Assembly: GCA_002633005.1 (NCBI GenBank)
Contig: NMRA01001175.1
Coordinates: 1-42,949 of the forward strand
Source of the DNA: Phoronis australis
Taxonomy: Eukaryota; Animalia; Phoronida
Reading direction: 5' to 3'
DNA length: 42,949 nt
Positions 36,457-42,949 of this stretch are shown here, piece after piece. Position 1 is the stretch's first letter; every line of letters starts with the position of its first letter. Both the position numbers and the translations under genes were made by a program. The notes beneath the pieces were generated by a model. That model did no database searches. It saw nothing but the letters and a program-made list of their open reading frames with translations, and was not told the DNA's origin.

Positions 36457-37786
36457 AGTACATATGCACACATTTTGGGCACCTTCAGTGCAACTAACTC
36501 TACTATTTATTCTGAAAAAGTATTAACTAACTAAAACCATTCCATATTGGATTTAATAATAATAGCACACAACAGCACGTGTTGCGCAGGTTACAGTAGG
36601 TCAAAATAACGCGTTTTTCAAGAATATTTAAAATTGGACAGTATTTTACTCGAATAGAAGCCTTATTCGTGGAGGATTTATGGTATGCACTGACAAGTTA
36701 GAAGTTCTTCAATCAATGTGTGGTGTATGACAGACCGGAATTCAAGACATCAGAACTATACGTTGAGCTTGCTGTTTTTACAGAATCATACATTTCAATT
36801 CAGTACGTTGTGAATTTGTGAGCCAGGTATTTTGTTTCCATTAAAGGTACATGTCACCATCTCTTTACCAGAAAGTGCAATTATTGTCAAGGACAGAACA
36901 AATATCAAAACCCTGAAAATAAAGTACTAAAATTGAAAGACAATAGTATTATGTTTATTATCATTTCATGAATTCTTAAGTAACACATTAATGATGTAAC
37001 TAATCTTGTTTGAAAAAATGGAACAGAGTCTGGAACAATAAGCAATATGAATATTTCGGGAAGATTGAAAAAGCCTTTTATGCTTATCACTTGATACTTT
37101 TCCTGCGCTAAAGAACTGTTTCTACATATTTTAAAGAGAAACACAGAAACTGTTATTACTACTAGCTAAGCCGCATATGCAATAAAATTAAAGAAGACTA
37201 TGCCAGAAAATTTTATTACAGAAAATGATATTTGCAATGGTAACACATCACATACGTACAAATTATGAACATTTTTGTTATAGAATACAAAATATCTTGG
37301 AAAAGTGCAAGTTTTGCGACAAGAAAATAATCTAAAAAGAATTCTGCCCTTCTAAAATAGAAACACGCTATAGTAATGTCACTCACTGGTCTTGCATTGA
37401 ATGCATGGGGTGAGTATACGGATATCCGATGTCACGATAACCATGTTAAATTATGCTAGATGTACCATATTAGTTTTTATGGCACACCTTTTATAAAGCC
37501 AACCGAAAGTACGTATTTGCTTTATTCATTTCATTTTGTTGTATACGTTTCATGCAGAGGTTATGTTTCTGCAGAAACAGTTGACAGGACATTGGCAGGT
37601 TTTGGGTTTTGCTCGTGTTTTTACCATACCAGTCTCTGGTTTTAGTTATTAATCGAAGTTTAGCTACTGCACTAGACGTGCGAAGATTTTATATTGTTTT
37701 AACAAGGCATTTACACGTTCGGATACAGGGGTTACCTTGACAATCATTTTTGTATTTGTAAAAGTGTCCTACTGGTTATGGTGTAT

Positions 37787-37846
37787 GGCCTATAGCAAAC
37801 AATGATTATTCTACCAAAGTAGAATAATCATTGTTTGCTATAGGCC
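37787..37846. repeat. Perfect palindrome, 28-bp arms, 4-nt spacer
   Basis: GGCCTATAGCAAACAATGATTATTCTAC-CAAA-GTAGAATAATCATTGTTTGCTATAGGCC. Confidence 0.97.
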
Positions 37847-38976
37847 GTTTATGTTTGTCAAGAGTCCGTTGGCATGTGACGTGTGCAGCTTACTAGACTG
37901 TCGTAATTCAGTTATTCCTGGTTACCATGGCTACCACTTTCACCAAAGTTTTCAGGGAGGGTTGGTAAAATGGTTTGATTGTGGTTGCCTGCTTTCTAAC
38001 ATGAGGGCAACCAAGAATAAAATTAGTGATCTTAGGTTATGGGGTTATATCAGACGAATTTTTATGAAACTACAGATACCGTATTGCAGCACACACCGAG
38101 ACCAGAAACAAATATGCTTTTGGTCTAACAATATTTTTGTCGTAATATGAGTCACGCAGTGAGCCACTTTAATTTCTTATTGATGAGATACTAATGAGAA
38201 AGCGTTAATTGCAATTGTTTGTTGAGAAACATAATTGCCGGTGGGCGAGTTATAACAATGGCGGTCCATTACCATCTGAATTACCACAGCATGAGTACTA
38301 AATTAGGAAGATCACGGTGTGACAATGATAGACTCGGCGTGTGCGTTTTAATGGAATTGATATGGGAACTTATATGACAACAACCGGTTTATCAAGTTTA
38401 AAAAGAATTTTTTAAAACTGTAGGAGAGATTACATGTTGATAAGTTAATGAACGTTGCATTTGTTGACCTTTTCAGGTGCATTATGAGCCCTGATGAGGG
38501 AATAAGTGTAAACTCATTGAATAGATATTGTCGTGTATGAGAACATGTCATTTCTGCTAGACTTTTCTAGTCGCGAGATAGCTACTGATGTCTACCAAGT
38601 ATCTGCTTCCGAATAGCGAATGGTAACAACAACAACCCCTGTGAAAATAGTTGAAATCTTAGTTTGGATCTTGTTTAGTTTCTGGATAAAATAATCAAAT
38701 TTATCTCAAAGAAGTAAGGATGAGAATCTTCAAGAACTGGTAATTAAATATTGAAAGATTCATGTTTTTGATGCTTCTTTGTGTCGCTCTTGTCAGCGGT
38801 GAACGTCGTCTATAGCCAATCAGCGCGCAGAAGGGATATCGCGTCACCCATTTACTACATAAGCCAACACTGCGCGCCAACTGACTAGAGCGACGTCTTT
38901 CGTGAAAATGCGCCTCTACAAGCCCCAAATGGCTAAACCGATCAGCGCCATCTTTAGATTAACTTGAGACATAGAC

Positions 38977-39636
38977 GCACTGCACTAAATGAAATTACGT
39001 GTTAATAAAATATTGTTAATTTCAACCAATCTTTTTTCAACTATTGGCGACATTATTCATCGTACAAAAATTGATTCAACCATTCACATATTCCCCAAAT
39101 TCTGTGACACAAGTTACGGTAAAGGAGAAAATGGATGATCGTAAGGCTAATAATAACAAAAATCCTCCACACTGAACAAAAAAATCACCTTATTGCTTTA
39201 TTGAAAATTCAATTCCAAGCTCACGCATGCTTTGCATGAACTTGGAATCCTGCTTAATCTCAAGATTGCGTATGCGTGAAATTGGAATACACGAGGAAAC
39301 TTGTCTAGTTCACTCAAATAATCACGGTCACGTTTATAAAAATTTGCACTGCACTAAATCGAATTACATGTTAATAAAATAATGTAAATTTCAGCCAACC
39401 TTTTTTCAACTATTGGCGACCTTATTCACCGTACAAAATTTGATTTAACCATTCACATATTCTCCCAATTCTGTGACACAAGTTACGGTAAAGGAGAAAA
39501 TGGATGATCGTAAGGCCAATATTTACAAAAAAATCTTCACACTGAACAAAAAGCCACCTTATTGCCTTATTGAAAATTCAATTCCAAGTTCACGCATACG
39601 CGATGTTGAGATTAAGCAGGATTTCAAGTACACGCA
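38977..39636. repeat. Diverged tandem duplication (period 369 bp) with an inverted sub-segment
   Basis: Copies start GCACTGCACTAAAT at 38977 and 39346 and align for ~250 bp. 39233-39288 is the reverse complement of 39581-39636. Confidence 0.9.
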
Positions 39637-40713
39637 CACCAGCATCATGCACAGCTAGGCTGGTTACATGAGGGCGCTGTGAAAGACACTAGCATCATGC
39701 ACAGCCGGGACTGTGAACTTACTGGTATTGACATAGAATATGTGTGAGTTCGAGTTTACGTGCAAGAACACATGCCTCATATAGTGACAAATTCAATGTT
39801 AGGCAAATTTTCAATGCAACTCTATTAAAATGTATTGTGATACATCCGTAAAAATCACAAAATGACATTCTCATTTTTACTGTGCTGGGGAGTTATTTCA
39901 CGTGACACAACTTGAGACCAGAAACGAATCAAACTGGTCACAATATTTTTGAAATTAGTAAAGCAAAATGAAGTAGAAATACACAGTCAGCCTTTGACAT
40001 CAGTTTTTTATCACAGAGATGCTAAAAAATAAAAACCGCAATCCCAAAAAATAATTATAAAACACGGCGTTTCACTTCATAAATTAAGAAGATCATCGCA
40101 GTGTTGAAATGCGCCCACTACTGCACCACAAACAGTACGCTTCTGTCGGTGTTTAGTAGTATCAGCAATGGCCAATAGGTAGTGCAAAATATGTCAAATC
40201 CGTCCGAAAACGGGAAGGCCTTATCGACTCCCTAAGATAGAAAACTATTTGCAAAATTCCGTGAAAATCGGTCACGGAACTCCAAATAAACCGAGGCTAA
40301 CGTAAAAAGATAAAGTGCCTCTAGGAGGAGCAAGAGTAGTTGCATCCTCCTTATAGAAGTCTTCATTTGTAGAAATTCACTTGCCAACGTACACAAAAGA
40401 TCCTGCAAAGGCGATACAACCGTAGATACAAAAAATGCCATTAAGGGGCACCACAGCAGTCGGACCTATTTGAAATCAACGTCTGACGTGATCTCAGCAG
40501 GAGCACACCTGAAGATTTTCATAGCTATCTCTTGAGCGGTTTGTTAGACAGAGAAGCGGACAGAAAAAAAGATTTGTAATAATAAAAATGGCCACTAGTT
40601 GGCACAGAATACGTCGAATCTGTCCAAAAATGGAAAGGTATTGTCGTCTATCTTGCTGGTAGAAGTCAAAAAATCGCAACTCTTAATTCTTGTTGCAGGG
40701 AACAAAACGTCTT

Positions 40714-40876
40714 CAGTGGCGGACTTCGAGGAGCGGGGAACATGGGGGCCATGCCACCTCTAATAAAATTCTACCGTATTCCATTTGCCAGTTCGGGGGT
40801 GCGAATGCCTGACGGGCAAAATCCTGGCTAATAATCTGTCCTGGCCTCCCAACTCAAAATCCTGGACCGGCCCCCG
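40714..40876. mobile_element. hAT-like MITE, second (inverted, more diverged) copy of 17381-17535
   Basis: CAGTGGCGGA.. ..CAGTTCGGGGGTGCG..CTGACGGGCAAAATC.TGGCTAATA..CCCAACTCAAAATCCTGGA. Confidence 0.85.
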
Positions 40877-42847
40877 TTCTCACGAACTTTAGTACCAAAC
40901 ACAACCTGTTGTGCAGCCCCAGCGCTGATATTGGGGTTTGTCAATAAAGTAATAGCTGGAGTAAAAGAATTATTTCTATGTTTTATGCAGTGAGGAACTG
41001 TGTTACTACTTAGATTTGAACATATATAATGCTGTAGGTGAATGAAGTGCACGTTTTCTAGAGTATGCAAAGGCTGCTATTTGAAATGTGGCTGGCGTCG
41101 GGTTCCCCCTGGAGGGACATTATCGGTTTTATGACAGAAAAACGCATTTCTGGGAATATTGTTGAACGGCGTAGACTTCTTGAAGTTATTAGCTTTGACC
41201 AGAGCTATAGAACGGCAAAATCCGTTGTATTTTTGTGATGTTATTATGTCATACTAATTTGTTACACTGAGATCGCATAGTCTGTGGGAATAGTTAATTA
41301 AATTTCTGTCCCTGTACACGCTTTTCAAGATGGGTAAAACCAACAATAGTAACTGGTTTGCTGAAAAGTTTGTTGACAACAGTCTGTTACCACTTTACGA
41401 CAGTGGTCGATGATGATGGTTGCATGACCTGATGAAAGTTCAAGGGAAAAAATAATTTTATTTAATAAAATCATTGGCATTTTATTAAATAAAATCAAGT
41501 GTATTTGGTTCCAATTATTATGTAGAGAGAATTATTATAATTATGGTACCTGATAAACAACTGTATCCTCCCTAGATATGTAACAGACAAAATCGACACC
41601 CACAGTTTACATGAGTTCACCTTGTATTTAAAAAATTACATATTAAGCATGTACAGCTCTCAGTGTAACGTTCTATATTGTTATGCATGTTCTAATTGAA
41701 GTAACCGTGATCACCTGCTTAACATCTTAGTCATATGCCTTTCCAACCTGCGGTCTCCCGTATATCAATAGTCTACGTGTTGCTCGCAATTTTCCGGATT
41801 TTGCAGCACCGCGTTAGGTGTTTTTTCCGTTACACAATAAGTAATGATTTTGCATATTTTTAATTTCATCAAAAGATACCAACTCCAGGTCGAAATCATT
41901 CCCTAACCGCATAAACGTGTGATATCCTCAGTAATCATTCGTCGCGAAATATGGTTTGAGTATGGGTACCCAAGCTCCTGGTGGTTCGTCCTTAATACAG
42001 CAAGGTGCACGCCTATGGTGAGGTAGCGCGAGATTGGTGACGACAAAGGGACTGAAGTGGTGGTGAATGTACTTTTGGTACCACGCACAAAAGCTTTGAC
42101 GAGTTGTTGCCTCCCTCCCCAATAATACTTACCTTCTTACAGGCCTATTTTGGTTGCTCCAGCGACCAAATTTAAAGCTGTTGTCAAGGGGTTGGTACAA
42201 CGGGTGTCGAGTGGAGATGGAGAGGTTTGAAACTGATGCTGTTCTCAGGGAAGTTCGAGTCGACCGATTTGCTTTAACATTTATTCCCCCCCCCTCCCCC
42301 CACCCGCACACACACTAAAGCAAATTTTCCTCAGTAGTGCATTCAATATTTTCATATGCCTTATACACGTACCTTTAAATGATTTCGATAACAACACATC
42401 AATCAAACTCACAAAAAAATTTTAATTCACCGAAAAATGCAAATCAACTCGTTTTAACCATAAAATATTCTTCAAGAAAATGTAAACCGTTGCGAAAAAT
42501 ACTGGTAAGCTTTTCAGGTCATTAAAAATAAAACCACCAAGTTTTCACTTTGTACAACGTATCGTCAAGGAGCCAAAGGTCGCACACAAAGATTTTCCAG
42601 AGCAAATTGTCATGGAGTTAAAGGCTTAAGTTTTAAGCACCGGGCCCTTTGCCCCTTTCAATACTCTGTTACGTGCTCTCTAGGTAACAGACAAATCTAC
42701 ACAAAATGTGCACCAGAGCCTGAATCATCAGGGAAAACGTAACGTGTACTCATTTTTGTCTTAAACTGACACATTTTAGACCATTGTTGAAAAGGCAAAA
42801 TATTTATTATTTCCGAACTTACGCCTTGGGATTTGCTATCAGAAATC

Positions 42848-42949
42848 GCCAGTGATACATACTAGGTTGTTCAGAGCAATTGCCAGTGATACATACTAGG
42901 TTGTTCAGAGCAATTGCCAGTGATACATACTAGGTTGTTCAGAGCAATT
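42848..42949. repeat. 34-bp tandem repeat, 3 exact copies to the window edge
   Basis: GCCAGTGATACATACTAGGTTGTTCAGAGCAATT at 42848, 42882 and 42916. Confidence 0.95.

Noticed and set aside
38490-38520. CTGATGA as a hammerhead ribozyme core (also near 33898 and 41430)
   Set aside because: No stem II followed by GAAA and no cleavage-site helix could be formed.
42127-42311. Minus-strand ORF ending at a strong donor AAG|GTAAGT
   Set aside because: No recognisable protein or partner exon; insufficient to call a gene.

Overview
AT-rich, repeat-dense genomic DNA from an invertebrate animal (draft assembly with N gaps; the innexin style suggests a spiralian/lophotrochozoan, by inference). Host genes are two tandem, same-strand innexins (3' end of one at 3-380; a complete 398-aa single-coding-exon gene at 12220-13416) and the 3' part of an intronless class A GPCR (21253-21906, 5' end in a gap). 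Most of 22.9-33.3 kb is a pile of decayed transposons. It holds an internally deleted ISL2EU-like element (THAP + SWIM relics, AT TSD), a second ISL2EU-like relic (THAP, YqaJ exonuclease, SAP), and a Sola3-like element inserted at TTAA. Inside the Sola3-like element is a CR1/L2-group LINE whose APE endonuclease is preceded by an intact virus-like 2A StopGo peptide (LLLAGDVEVNPGP). The rest holds MITEs (one hAT-like with a 5-bp TSD supported by an empty site), dispersed repeats, minisatellites and several perfect short-loop palindromes. All family assignments rest on motif recognition by eye, not database searches.
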